Assembly: GCA_934167225.1 (NCBI GenBank)
Contig: CAKPLD010000002.1
Coordinates: forward strand, 8,261-72,260
Direction of reading: 5' to 3'
From: an uncultured Clostridia bacterium
GTDB taxonomy: Bacteria; Bacillota; Clostridia; TANB77; CAG-508
DNA length: 64,000 nt
Program-made: the position numbers and the translations under genes
Shown here: positions 50,535 through 60,251 of the stretch, in pieces
Numbering within the stretch: the stretch's first letter is position 1
Layout of the letters: each line of letters starts with the position of its first letter
The notes under the pieces: generated by a model
What the model was told of the DNA's origin: nothing
Database searches by the model: none
What the model saw: only the letters and a program-made list of their open reading frames with translations

Positions 50535-53500
50535 ATGGAAATGAAGAGGAATATCAAAAAAATTTTAGTTGCAATGCTAATACTTGTATTTGGAATTGGC
50601 ACAAAAGCAAGTTTTGCAATGCAAGATTACCAAGGAGAAAATGCACTATCACTAACATTATCATATTTCAGATATGCTAATGGAGATTATAGAGATGGAT
50701 ATGCATTAAATACAGTTGGAAATGAAGGAGAATCACATCATCCAATTTACCAAATAATGAATGGCACAAAAGGAAATTACTACTGTTTAAATGCCACAGC
50801 AGGAGAAACATGGCTAAGTGGAACAGTTGGTACAAGTGCCACATATAACAGAGCATATAATCTAAATTCACAAAGTGATATAGATTCATTAAAAAATGAT
50901 AGCTCATTATCTGAAACATACAGAAATGTTGTAAACAGCCAATATTTAAAACAAATTTTATGGATACTAGATAACATGTATGTTCAAGGAACATCAGATC
51001 CAGCACAAAAAAATGAATTACTAGCAAAAGCAGGAATAGTATATGGAGATGTAGATGACGAAACACTTGAAGGAAAAGTACAACAAGGATATAGATATAT
51101 AGCACAAGAAGGATACGACTATTCTGAAAAAGTATCAAAACAAGGAAAAAAAGGCTATTTCTATTATAGTGAAAACGGTACTTACAATCCAGTAAATTTA
51201 CCAGATGAAATGATAGACGTAGCAGAACAATCAGCTTTATGGTATTTTACAAACTACTTAGACAACAATAGTGCTAATAGTACAACATATGATGTTAAGA
51301 GCCAATGGTTACCATTATTATGTTCTCATGGAAGAGAAAATACAAACACAAATCAATGGCCATCAATGGAAAGCGAAGTATTTAACGAGCCAACAGATGT
51401 TGCAGATGTAAAAGCAGAGATTGGAAAAATGAAGCAAGAACAAGCAGCAATATTATGCCAATATTTAATAGATGCAGCAAATAACAACGCGCAAAATTCA
51501 GATGAAGAAACAACAGGAAGTCCTTTAACAATTACACCAGCAACACCAAACATAAACGAAAATAAAGTAGATAATAAAAACTACTATGTAGTAGGACCAA
51601 TTAAAATTGATTCAACAAGAACAAGTGTATACACTTTATTAGACACAATAACAGTAAATGGAAGCACAGATACTGGAAGTTATATTTCAGATGCAACAGG
51701 AACAAGAAATGATGACCAAAAATTAGGAAACTATGTTGGAAAAGAATTCTACGTAGCTGTACCAAAAACAAGTGTAACAGGAAACAATATAAAAATAGAT
51801 TTTGAAGGATCATACAAAGTAAATCAAAAAACATTATGGATATCAACAACAAAAACAGAACAACCAGTTGTTGAAGTAGCACCAGGAAGTGAACCAATTA
51901 ATTTATCAGTAAATGTTGGAATAAACAAAGAATTTGACTTAGCATTAAGAAAAGCAATTGCATCAGTTAGAAAAGCTGGAGCAACAGAAACAAAGCTTAT
52001 CTCAAATGAAGAAGGAAAATTAGCAACAAGAAAAATAAACTACGTAGCAAGCAATATAGAAAAAGAAGGAACAGCAATATACAACCACAGAAAAGATCCA
52101 GTAGTAGTTGAAAAAGGAGATATTATTACTTATGAAATAACTGTTTTCAATGAAGGAGATATGGATGGATATGCTGGAGAAATAGTAGATTCATTACCTA
52201 AAGGCTTAAAATTATATGGAGAAAGTAACGGAACAATAACTTCAGGAAATGCAAAATATTCTTATATATATGATGAAGCAACAAATAAAATTACTTTAAC
52301 AAATGTAAGCAAAAACGTATTAACAGCATATGATGGTGGAGAAAAACTATCGTCAGAAACATTAAAACTTGAATGTGAAGTAACACAAGAACCATCAACA
52401 GTAACAAACACATATTTAACAAATATAGCATATATATCAAAAGAATATAACTCAGAAACAAACACAGAAGTAACAACAGATAGAGATTCAGATACAACAA
52501 ATTCACCATCAGCAGATCAAAACACAACAGGAGACAGATATAACGGATACCATGGTGGAGACAACAAAAACGGAGATAACAGCAAAGATGTATACAACGA
52601 TGGAACAAACAATGATGATTATTTCTCAGGAAAAGAAGATGACGACGATTTTGAAGTAGTAGTAGTAAAACCAGCAGCATTTGACTTAGCATTACAAAAA
52701 TATATATCAAATATATATTCAAATGGAACAAACAAAAATGGAAGAAAAGAACCAACAATTGATACAACAAAATTAGCTTCAAAAACAGCAACAACAGCAA
52801 CATATACACAAGATAAAACACCAATACAAGTTAAACATGGAGACTATGTAACATATACATTTACAGTATATAACGAAGGCGATATAGATGGATATGTAAA
52901 CAAAATAACAGATAATATACCAACAGGATTACAATTTGTTTATGCAAAACAACCAGCTGATGGAAAAACACTAATAGCTTGTGATTCACAAGGAAAAACA
53001 GAAGAAATATCAGTAGATGAAGCAACATACAGTTTAATTTCAAAAAATAATTCAAGTTGGTCAATAGATCAAAAAGACGGAAAATTAGCAACAGATACAT
53101 ACAATGGAGAAACAACAACAAGTATAACATGTGATGTTAAAAATTATTTAGGTGGAACAAATAAATTATTATCAGCTTATGATAGTAACAAAGATAACAA
53201 CAACAATGGAGATGGACTAGATAGAACAAGTGTAACAGTTGTATTAAGAGTTTCAGCTCAAGATGGAGCAGGAGTAACAATAAGAAACGAAGCAGCAATA
53301 ACAGAAGCTGAAGACAAAGAAGGAAACATACAAGATAAAGACAAGCTAACAGATAGAGACTCTCAAACAAATCAATGGTTAGGAAAAGATGGAGATAAAA
53401 ATTATCAAGATGATGAAGATTATGACAACATAATACTTGGAAATGTAGATCTTGCACTAACAAAATTTATAACAGCAATAAGTAGTGATACAAACATTGA

Positions 53501-54725
53501 AGATGGAGAATATTTAACAGCAGACGGAAAAGTTGGAAGCAAAACAAATCCATACACAAGGGCAACAAGAGTAGATACAGCAGAATTAAGAGACAATGAA
53601 AACTGTCATGACGCAACATATATAATGGTAAAAGATCCTTTAACAGTACCTGCACAATCATATATATTGTATGATATAAGAGTATATAACGAAGGAGAAA
53701 CAGATGTATATGCTGGCGAAATAACAGATCACTTACCAGATTACTTAGACTATGTAGATTGCGAATTTAACACAGCATTTGGATGGCAAGTAGGATCAGA
53801 TGGTAAAACAATAAAGACTTCACATTTAGGATATGATGAAACAGCAAAGAATTTACTAAAAGCATTTGACAAGAAAACAGACGATGGAGCGGGATCAGGA
53901 TTAGACTACAGAGATTTACAAGTACTATGTAGAGTAAATGATAATGCCCCAACAAATACAAACATAGTAAATGTTGCAGAAATAACAAGATATCAAGACC
54001 CAGAAGGTGGAGATATAGATCATGATATAGATTCAACACCAAACAATGTTGATAAAAAGAACGAAGATGATGATGATTATGAAGTAATTAATATAAAAAC
54101 ATTTGATTTAAGCTTACTAAAATATGTATCAACAGTATATGTAACAGAAGACGGAAATACAAAAACAACAGAAACAGGAAATACTGGAGATGACAATACA
54201 GATATAATACCAAAAGTAGAAATTAATAAAAAGAAATTAGATTCTACAGTTGTTAAATTTGGATACACTATAAAAATAACAAACGAAGGAGATATTGCAG
54301 GTTATGCAAAAGAAATAACAGATTATATTCCAGAAGGTTTACAATTCTACGGAGAAGATAATGAAGGTTGGACTGATGAAGGAAATAATGTAATATCTAC
54401 CAGATTACTTGAAAACAAATTATTACAACCAGGAGAAAGTGCAGAAGTAACAGTAATATTAAGATGGATAAATGGAAGAAACAATTTAGGTTTGAAAACC
54501 AATATTGCAGAAATATCAGAAGATTTTAACGAATGGGGAATCCCAGATAGAGATTCAACACCAGACAACCAAGTGCCAGGTGAAGACGATATCGATGATG
54601 CATCTGTATTACTTTCAATTACAACAGGTATATTAGGACATATTAATATATATGTAGTTTATGGATCAGTTATATTTGTAGTATTTTTAGGTGGAGTAAT
54701 ATTAATTAAAAAATATGTATTATAA
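50535..54725 (+). CDS. Giant surface protein with four DUF11-like (conserved repeat) domains and a C-terminal TM anchor
   Basis: Signal peptide present. Four units start at FDLALRK, FDLALQK, VDLALTK and FDLSLLK. Each contains (V/I)TYxITVxNEGD..GYxxEIxDxLPxGL and ends with a DRDS/DIDS..N motif. The C-terminus is a hydrophobic helix plus KKYVL. Confidence 0.75.
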   Translation: MEMKRNIKKILVAMLILVFGIGTKASFAMQDYQGENALSLTLSYFRYANGDYRDGYALNTVGNEGESHHPIYQIMNGTKGNYYCLNATAGETWLSGTVGTSATYNRAYNLNSQSDIDSLKNDSSLSETYRNVVNSQYLKQILWILDNMYVQGTSDPAQKNELLAKAGIVYGDVDDETLEGKVQQGYRYIAQEGYDYSEKVSKQGKKGYFYYSENGTYNPVNLPDEMIDVAEQSALWYFTNYLDNNSANSTTYDVKSQWLPLLCSHGRENTNTNQWPSMESEVFNEPTDVADVKAEIGKMKQEQAAILCQYLIDAANNNAQNSDEETTGSPLTITPATPNINENKVDNKNYYVVGPIKIDSTRTSVYTLLDTITVNGSTDTGSYISDATGTRNDDQKLGNYVGKEFYVAVPKTSVTGNNIKIDFEGSYKVNQKTLWISTTKTEQPVVEVAPGSEPINLSVNVGINKEFDLALRKAIASVRKAGATETKLISNEEGKLATRKINYVASNIEKEGTAIYNHRKDPVVVEKGDIITYEITVFNEGDMDGYAGEIVDSLPKGLKLYGESNGTITSGNAKYSYIYDEATNKITLTNVSKNVLTAYDGGEKLSSETLKLECEVTQEPSTVTNTYLTNIAYISKEYNSETNTEVTTDRDSDTTNSPSADQNTTGDRYNGYHGGDNKNGDNSKDVYNDGTNNDDYFSGKEDDDDFEVVVVKPAAFDLALQKYISNIYSNGTNKNGRKEPTIDTTKLASKTATTATYTQDKTPIQVKHGDYVTYTFTVYNEGDIDGYVNKITDNIPTGLQFVYAKQPADGKTLIACDSQGKTEEISVDEATYSLISKNNSSWSIDQKDGKLATDTYNGETTTSITCDVKNYLGGTNKLLSAYDSNKDNNNNGDGLDRTSVTVVLRVSAQDGAGVTIRNEAAITEAEDKEGNIQDKDKLTDRDSQTNQWLGKDGDKNYQDDEDYDNIILGNVDLALTKFITAISSDTNIEDGEYLTADGKVGSKTNPYTRATRVDTAELRDNENCHDATYIMVKDPLTVPAQSYILYDIRVYNEGETDVYAGEITDHLPDYLDYVDCEFNTAFGWQVGSDGKTIKTSHLGYDETAKNLLKAFDKKTDDGAGSGLDYRDLQVLCRVNDNAPTNTNIVNVAEITRYQDPEGGDIDHDIDSTPNNVDKKNEDDDDYEVINIKTFDLSLLKYVSTVYVTEDGNTKTTETGNTGDDNTDIIPKVEINKKKLDSTVVKFGYTIKITNEGDIAGYAKEITDYIPEGLQFYGEDNEGWTDEGNNVISTRLLENKLLQPGESAEVTVILRWINGRNNLGLKTNIAEISEDFNEWGIPDRDSTPDNQVPGEDDIDDASVLLSITTGILGHINIYVVYGSVIFVVFLGGVILIKKYVL

Positions 54726-54743
54726 TAAAAAAGATAAAAATTG

Positions 54744-54780
54744 AATGAGACTACTTTTTGGAGTAGTCTCATTTAATTTT
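54744..54780 (+). terminator. Intrinsic terminator
   Basis: 12-bp perfect stem aatgagactact/agtagtctcatt followed by a T-rich tract. Confidence 0.75.
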
Positions 54781-54933
54781 TTCATTTTTAATAATTATTC
54801 TAATTCGAGCCTACTCTACAATTTTAAAGCCGTGAACTGTAACATGAATTGTAGTTTTTAGATGAAAATCATTTACAATAAAAAGGGGTTATGTTATAAT
54901 TTATAAAGATATTTAGAGAAGGAAGGAAAATAC

Positions 54934-55863
54934 ATGAATCAAATATTATCGGTAAATAATAATACAAAGAAAAATGGCAAAAAAGCAAAATCGAGTACAC
55001 ATTCAATTTTAGTTGTTTTTGCTGTAATTTTAATGGTATTTGGAATAGGTTTAACATCAACAGGAGCTTATTCATATTATATGAGTTTATCAAATGGACA
55101 AGATGACTCTATAGCGTCTGTTGGAAGTACAAAACCAGTTATAACAACAGAAAGGGAAAATGCCTCAATAGTAAATATAGTTGTAACACATGACAAAGGA
55201 ATAGCAAGTTTAACATATAAAATAAATGATGAAGAGCCTGTAGAAGTAGATGGAGATAACAAAATGGAAATAAAACAAGAAGTAGAATTACCAGAAGGAA
55301 ACCCAACTTTAACAATAACAGCAAAAGATATAAATGGAGTATCATCTTCATATGAAAATACATATGAAGTAGATGGTAAACCAACAATTGTTTTAGAGCA
55401 AGTAGAAGGTCAAATAAAAGCAACAATAGAGGGAAAAAATAATATAGATTATATTATGTACTATTGGGATGAAGATGAAAACAACGGCAATAAAATGACA
55501 ATAAATGCACCTAAAACAGAAACATTAATAGATGTTATGGCAGGAACACATACATTAAATGTCGTTGCAGTAGACGTAAATGGAGGAGAAACAAAAAAAT
55601 CTCAAAAAATAATTGGAGATAACAAGCCAAATGTCGAAATAAAAACAAATGGAAAAGTATTTAGAATAATGGCTTCTGATGATGAAAGTATAGAAAAAAT
55701 AGAATATACCTTCAATTCAGAAAACAAACAAACAGAACAAGTTGGACAAAAAGAATATACAAAAGATTTAGAGCTTCAAAGTGGAAAAAATAATTTAACT
55801 GTTACAGTATATAATAAAAATGGATTATCAAATACAACAACAGTAGAATACGTTAAGGAGTAA
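54934..55863 (+). CDS. Membrane-anchored protein with repeated Ig-like/beta-sandwich modules
   Basis: N-terminal TM (ILVVFAVILMVFGIGL), then three roughly 80-aa segments of similar pattern (...V.V..TD..GI..I.Y...). Confidence 0.5.
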   Translation: MNQILSVNNNTKKNGKKAKSSTHSILVVFAVILMVFGIGLTSTGAYSYYMSLSNGQDDSIASVGSTKPVITTERENASIVNIVVTHDKGIASLTYKINDEEPVEVDGDNKMEIKQEVELPEGNPTLTITAKDINGVSSSYENTYEVDGKPTIVLEQVEGQIKATIEGKNNIDYIMYYWDEDENNGNKMTINAPKTETLIDVMAGTHTLNVVAVDVNGGETKKSQKIIGDNKPNVEIKTNGKVFRIMASDDESIEKIEYTFNSENKQTEQVGQKEYTKDLELQSGKNNLTVTVYNKNGLSNTTTVEYVKE

Positions 55864-55867
55864 AGCA

Positions 55868-56800
55868 ATGATAAATGAAGTATATATAATAGATGATGAT
55901 GAATCTTCATTATTAGTATTTAGAGAGCTTTTTAGAGAGGACAAAGGGTATAAATTTATAAGTGTTAAATCAGAACAAATAGAAATGGCACTAAAAAATA
56001 TACCATCACTAATAGTAATAAATGAAGACGCAATAAAAATGGATGTACTAGATGTATGCCGTAAAATAAGAAAAGATGAAGATAATACAATTACACCAGT
56101 AATTGTAGTTTCTTCTAATGGACGAAGAGAGCACAGAATGAAGATTTTAAATGAATCTATAGAATATTTCATAAAAAAACCAGTAGATGAAGGATATTTA
56201 TATTATACTGTAAAAAACCTAATGAGACTACTTACAATAAATAGAAGAATGAGTCCTTTAACAGGATTACCAGGAAATGTACAAATAAATTCAGAACTAA
56301 AAAAACATTTATTAAAAAACGAAGAATTTTCAATTCTATATTTTGACTTGGACAACTTTAAAGCATATAACGATGTATATGGATTTTTAAAGGGAGATCA
56401 AATAATAGAATATACAGCGAATATAATTTTAAATGCTGTACATAATTATGGAAACGGGTTTGTAGGACATATTGGAGGAGATGACTTTATTGCGGTAATG
56501 CCAGGAAAAGATGTTGAAAAACTTTGCCAAGCCGTAATTTGCGATTTTGACAATGGAATACCAAAGTTTTACAACGAAAAAGATAGAGAAGATGGCTATA
56601 TAGAAGTAGCAAATAGAAAAGGAATAATAGAAAAATTCCCATTAACATCTATTTCAATAGCAGTTGTTGTAGCAGATAGAGGAAGGTTTGCAAATATTCT
56701 AGAAATAGGAGATGTTGCAGCACAAGTAAAGCATGCAGTAAAAGCTGTTATGGGAAGTAGTTATGCAATAGATAGACGAAGAAAAAATATAAATGCTTAA
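55868..56800 (+). CDS. Receiver-like domain fused to a GGDEF-family domain (GGDDF variant)
   Basis: N-terminal REC-like fold (IIDDDESS, VVSS, FIKKP), but INED sits where the phospho-acceptor LLD is expected. The GGDEF domain has YFDLDNFKAYNDVYGFLKGDQII and GHIGGDDFIAV. Confidence 0.75.
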   Translation: MINEVYIIDDDESSLLVFRELFREDKGYKFISVKSEQIEMALKNIPSLIVINEDAIKMDVLDVCRKIRKDEDNTITPVIVVSSNGRREHRMKILNESIEYFIKKPVDEGYLYYTVKNLMRLLTINRRMSPLTGLPGNVQINSELKKHLLKNEEFSILYFDLDNFKAYNDVYGFLKGDQIIEYTANIILNAVHNYGNGFVGHIGGDDFIAVMPGKDVEKLCQAVICDFDNGIPKFYNEKDREDGYIEVANRKGIIEKFPLTSISIAVVVADRGRFANILEIGDVAAQVKHAVKAVMGSSYAIDRRRKNINA

Positions 56801-56828
56801 GTGATGTAAAAGCTAGGGAGGGATAATA

Positions 56829-58601
56829 ATGTATGAAAGGAATGCAATAGTACTTGAAAGATATTTTAATCAAATGTTTGGTTACAATATGACAAATAAC
56901 ATAAAAACAAATTTTACAGACTATAGTGAGTTAGTTGAATGTTTAGACAAGTACAAAGATATAGCAGAAGAAGAAGATAGTATAATACAAGATTATGATT
57001 TAATTGCAAATAAAATAAGAGATATACAAAAGAAACAAGAAACATTAGGCAAGAAAGATCTAAAATATCAAGGGGAAAGAGAAGAACTTTTTCAAAATAT
57101 AGATGAAGATGCAGAAGAAATAAAAAGAAAATTTGATAATATAAATAGTAACATTGAACAAATTAATGAGCAAATAAAGCAAAATGCAAACGAATTTATA
57201 GAAGCAATATCAGAATTTAATGAAAAAAGCTCTATAAGAGCTACTTGTGGAAGATCAAGAAAAAATATAGAAAATGAATATAATCAAAAATTAAATAAAA
57301 TCCTAGATGACTATAAAAACATAGATATAGATATAGCAAGAAAAGCTAAACAGTTTGTAGATACACCAACAGAGGATATTGAAAAAGAATTAAAAGAAAA
57401 AATTCAAAAAAATGGTTCAAAAGAAAAAATACAATTTAATATGGATGTAATAACAAAAGCTATTACATTATGTGTGGACATTCAAAAACGTGAAACAGAA
57501 ATTCTAGCTAATGTATATGAAAAAACAAATAAATTATTTACTGAAATAAAAAACAATACCACAAAAGGAGATAGACATAGAAAAATTATTAAAGATTCAA
57601 AAAGCAAAATGGCATTTGTAACAGCCTTAAAGGAATATTTAGTTCAATTCTTAGATAATGAAAGACTAACAGCAGTAAATGGTGAAGAAGAACACAACAA
57701 ATTAATGAAAGAGGCTTGCAAAAACCTAGAAGAAGATTTAATACAAATAAACAATTTATATACATTACTATTAAAAGAAATATCTAAAAAAGTAAATAAA
57801 AAATCATATGCAGAATTATATAATATAGAATATTTACAAGATTTAGAAAAAAAATCCGAAGAATTTGAAAAACAAATAAAGAAATTAAACCTTCCAGTAA
57901 CAATAATAAACCCAAACTATTGGCGAATTGAAGGAATGAAAAAAATATATGATGTATTTTCAAAAACTGTCACAGAAGAATATGGGCGTGACTTATCAGA
58001 ATATATACCAGAGCCAGAAGAAACAATAGAAGAATCACCAGAATTTGAAGACGACTGGGATGATGATGTTGAAGATGAAGAGCCAAAAGAAGTAAAAAAA
58101 GAAACACCTAAAACAAAAGCAAAAAGGAAAATAAAAAATGTAACTCAGGAATCAGACGATCCAAAATCTGAAATAGATAAAAAAATAGACATGATTTTAG
58201 GTTTCGACGGACAAAGTGAAACTCAAAATGACGATTGGGAAGACGACGAAGATGACGACTTTGAAGATGAAGACGAAGAAAAAGAAAATGATGAGAATGA
58301 CGTATATTATGATATATGGGGAAATGATATTTCAGATGATGACGATGAAGATGACGAAAATGATGATATTGAAAACGATTTTGACGATGACTTTGGCGAT
58401 GATGAAGAATATGACAATGATGACGAAGACGATATGACTGAAGATGACCACGATTTTGATGATGATGATTGGGACGACGACGAAGAAGAAGATGAGGATG
58501 ATAGAAAAGCACATCATGAAGAGAATTGGGAAGATGAGTTTGTAAACGTGAAGGAAAAGAGTAAGAAGAAAAAGGGATTTTTTGGTAAGTTTAGGAAATA
58601 G
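56829..58601 (+). CDS. Coiled-coil protein with an extremely acidic C-terminal tail
   Basis: 590 aa with a long heptad-like Lys/Glu-rich region. The last roughly 180 aa are dominated by D/E runs and end KKKKGFFGKFRK. Co-oriented with the GGDEF gene, 28 bp downstream of it. Confidence 0.5.
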   Translation: MYERNAIVLERYFNQMFGYNMTNNIKTNFTDYSELVECLDKYKDIAEEEDSIIQDYDLIANKIRDIQKKQETLGKKDLKYQGEREELFQNIDEDAEEIKRKFDNINSNIEQINEQIKQNANEFIEAISEFNEKSSIRATCGRSRKNIENEYNQKLNKILDDYKNIDIDIARKAKQFVDTPTEDIEKELKEKIQKNGSKEKIQFNMDVITKAITLCVDIQKRETEILANVYEKTNKLFTEIKNNTTKGDRHRKIIKDSKSKMAFVTALKEYLVQFLDNERLTAVNGEEEHNKLMKEACKNLEEDLIQINNLYTLLLKEISKKVNKKSYAELYNIEYLQDLEKKSEEFEKQIKKLNLPVTIINPNYWRIEGMKKIYDVFSKTVTEEYGRDLSEYIPEPEETIEESPEFEDDWDDDVEDEEPKEVKKETPKTKAKRKIKNVTQESDDPKSEIDKKIDMILGFDGQSETQNDDWEDDEDDDFEDEDEEKENDENDVYYDIWGNDISDDDDEDDENDDIENDFDDDFGDDEEYDNDDEDDMTEDDHDFDDDDWDDDEEEDEDDRKAHHEENWEDEFVNVKEKSKKKKGFFGKFRK

Positions 58602-58610
58602 AATAGGAGA

Positions 58611-58640
58611 AGAGGTTTCTTGAAAATACAAGAAACCTCT
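58611..58640. terminator. Bidirectional terminator hairpin between convergent genes
   Basis: 12-bp perfect stem agaggtttcttg/caagaaacctct. Confidence 0.65.
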
Positions 58641-58651
58641 TTGCGCTGTAA

Positions 58652-59086
58652 TTAATCTGAGTAGCCAACTCCGTAAAAGCGCAATACCAGCTTGTGATCA
58701 CCACAGCCACATTGAAAATGCTCTACTTGCTCGCATTCGGTTGTTGCGATATTGTAAGAGCTTGATTGGTTACACGTCTTGCATGTAACAAGAGCCACAA
58801 TAACTGTATCTTGTTTAGCAGCTAAGACAATGTCATCTTCTTGTTCATCTTCATCTGCATGCATATGCAGAGTGTCGTTTCCTACAGAAGCAACAACCCT
58901 ATATTGGGCTGATTCAGCTTCGCTTACTATTCCGTCGGAATATGACTTCACAGTTATATTCCAAGAGGAATCATCGGAAGTATTTGTAGTACCGTTATTC
59001 CCAATTGCCATTTGGCAACCAGTTATTAATACCAGCACAAACAGAGTAAGAAAAATAGACACAATGACTTTTTTTGTTTTTTTCAT
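58652..59086 (-). CDS. Cys-rich lipoprotein, function unknown
   Basis: ATG at 59086 after GGAGG. Lipobox LITGC. The C-terminus has CKTC...C...CGC. It looks visibly more GC-rich than its neighbours. Confidence 0.6.
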   Translation of the reverse strand: MKKTKKVIVSIFLTLFVLVLITGCQMAIGNNGTTNTSDDSSWNITVKSYSDGIVSEAESAQYRVVASVGNDTLHMHADEDEQEDDIVLAAKQDTVIVALVTCKTCNQSSSYNIATTECEQVEHFQCGCGDHKLVLRFYGVGYSD

Positions 59087-59236
59087 GTTGGAAAAACCTC
59101 CTGTATGATTAAAGTTAAGGTGCATTGACCTGTACACTTAACATAATACCACATTTTCCAAAAATTGTCAATAAAAACAAAACCAGCAATCCCAAGATTG
59201 CTGGTTAACTCTATAAACTCTCGACAGAGCAAAATA

Positions 59237-59638
59237 TTAACGTTTGCTAAATTGTGGAGCTTTTCTAGCTTTTTTAAGACCATATTTCTTTCTTTCTTTC
59301 ATACGAGGATCTCTTGTTAAGAATCCGTTTGATTTTAAGATTGGTCTATATTCACTATCAGCTTCATTTAAAGCTCTAGCTATACCATGACGTACAGCTC
59401 CAGCTTGACCTGTGTATCCTCCACCTTTTACAGTAGAAATTACATCATATTTAGCTGTTGTGTTAGTAACTGTTAAAGGTTGTTTAACTATAACTTTTAA
59501 AGTTTCTAATCCAAAATATTCATCTAAATCTTTTCCATTAACTGTTATTTTTCCAGTTCCTTCTATAAGTCTTACTCTAGCTACTGCGTCTTTTCTTCTA
59601 CCAGTACCGTAGTAATATTTTTTATCTGCGTTAGACAT
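59237..59638 (-). CDS. rpsI: 30S ribosomal protein S9
   Basis: [16 protein letters not shown]...[19 protein letters not shown]...[12 protein letters not shown]. Confidence 0.95.
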   Translation of the reverse strand: MSNADKKYYYGTGRRKDAVARVRLIEGTGKITVNGKDLDEYFGLETLKVIVKQPLTVTNTTAKYDVISTVKGGGYTGQAGAVRHGIARALNEADSEYRPILKSNGFLTRDPRMKERKKYGLKKARKAPQFSKR

Positions 59639-59657
59639 TTATATTCCTCCCTTTAAA

Positions 59658-60092
59658 TTAAAAATTCCATATTTCTGGTTTTTGTGCTTGATTTTCGTGT
59701 TCTGAACCACCATATACTCTTAATTTTTTAAGCATTTGAGCTCCTAAAGAGTTGTGTGGTAACATTCCTTTAACAGCTAACATCATAGCTTTTTCAGGAT
59801 TTTTTTCTAACATATCTTTTGCAGAAACTTCTTTCATTCCACCAATGTATCCAGAGTGATGTCTGTAAACTTTTTGGTTTAATTTGTTTCCTGTTAACAT
59901 TACATCTTTACAATTTAAAATTATAACATGATCACCTGTATCTATATTTTTTGTATAGATTGGTTTATGTTTTCCGGCAAGTAATCTTGCTGCTTCTGTT
60001 GCAACTCTACCTAATGGTTTGTTTGCTGCATCGATTATATACCATTTTCTTTGTATTTCACTTTTTTTCACACTATATGTCATATTATTCAT
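59658..60092 (-). CDS. rplM: 50S ribosomal protein L13
   Basis: [35 protein letters not shown]...HHSGYIGG...MLPHNSLG. Confidence 0.95.
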   Translation of the reverse strand: MNNMTYSVKKSEIQRKWYIIDAANKPLGRVATEAARLLAGKHKPIYTKNIDTGDHVIILNCKDVMLTGNKLNQKVYRHHSGYIGGMKEVSAKDMLEKNPEKAMMLAVKGMLPHNSLGAQMLKKLRVYGGSEHENQAQKPEIWNF

Positions 60093-60251
60093 GGTAAAAT
60101 GTACCCTCCTATTTTAATTAATATATATATTTATATGATAATTAAATTTAAAACCACCGGGGAGAAGTCTTACATTTAATTCATATTTTCTCATAATACT
60201 GAATAATTTTATTACAAAAAAGTAAATTTGTCAAGGGGTTTAGCGATTTTT

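Noticed and set aside
60093-60230. Possible ribosomal-protein L13 leader RNA upstream of rplM on the minus strand.
   Set aside because: I cannot recognise the conserved structure by eye in this AT-rich 140-nt region. It needs an Rfam/Infernal scan, so it is not reported as a feature.
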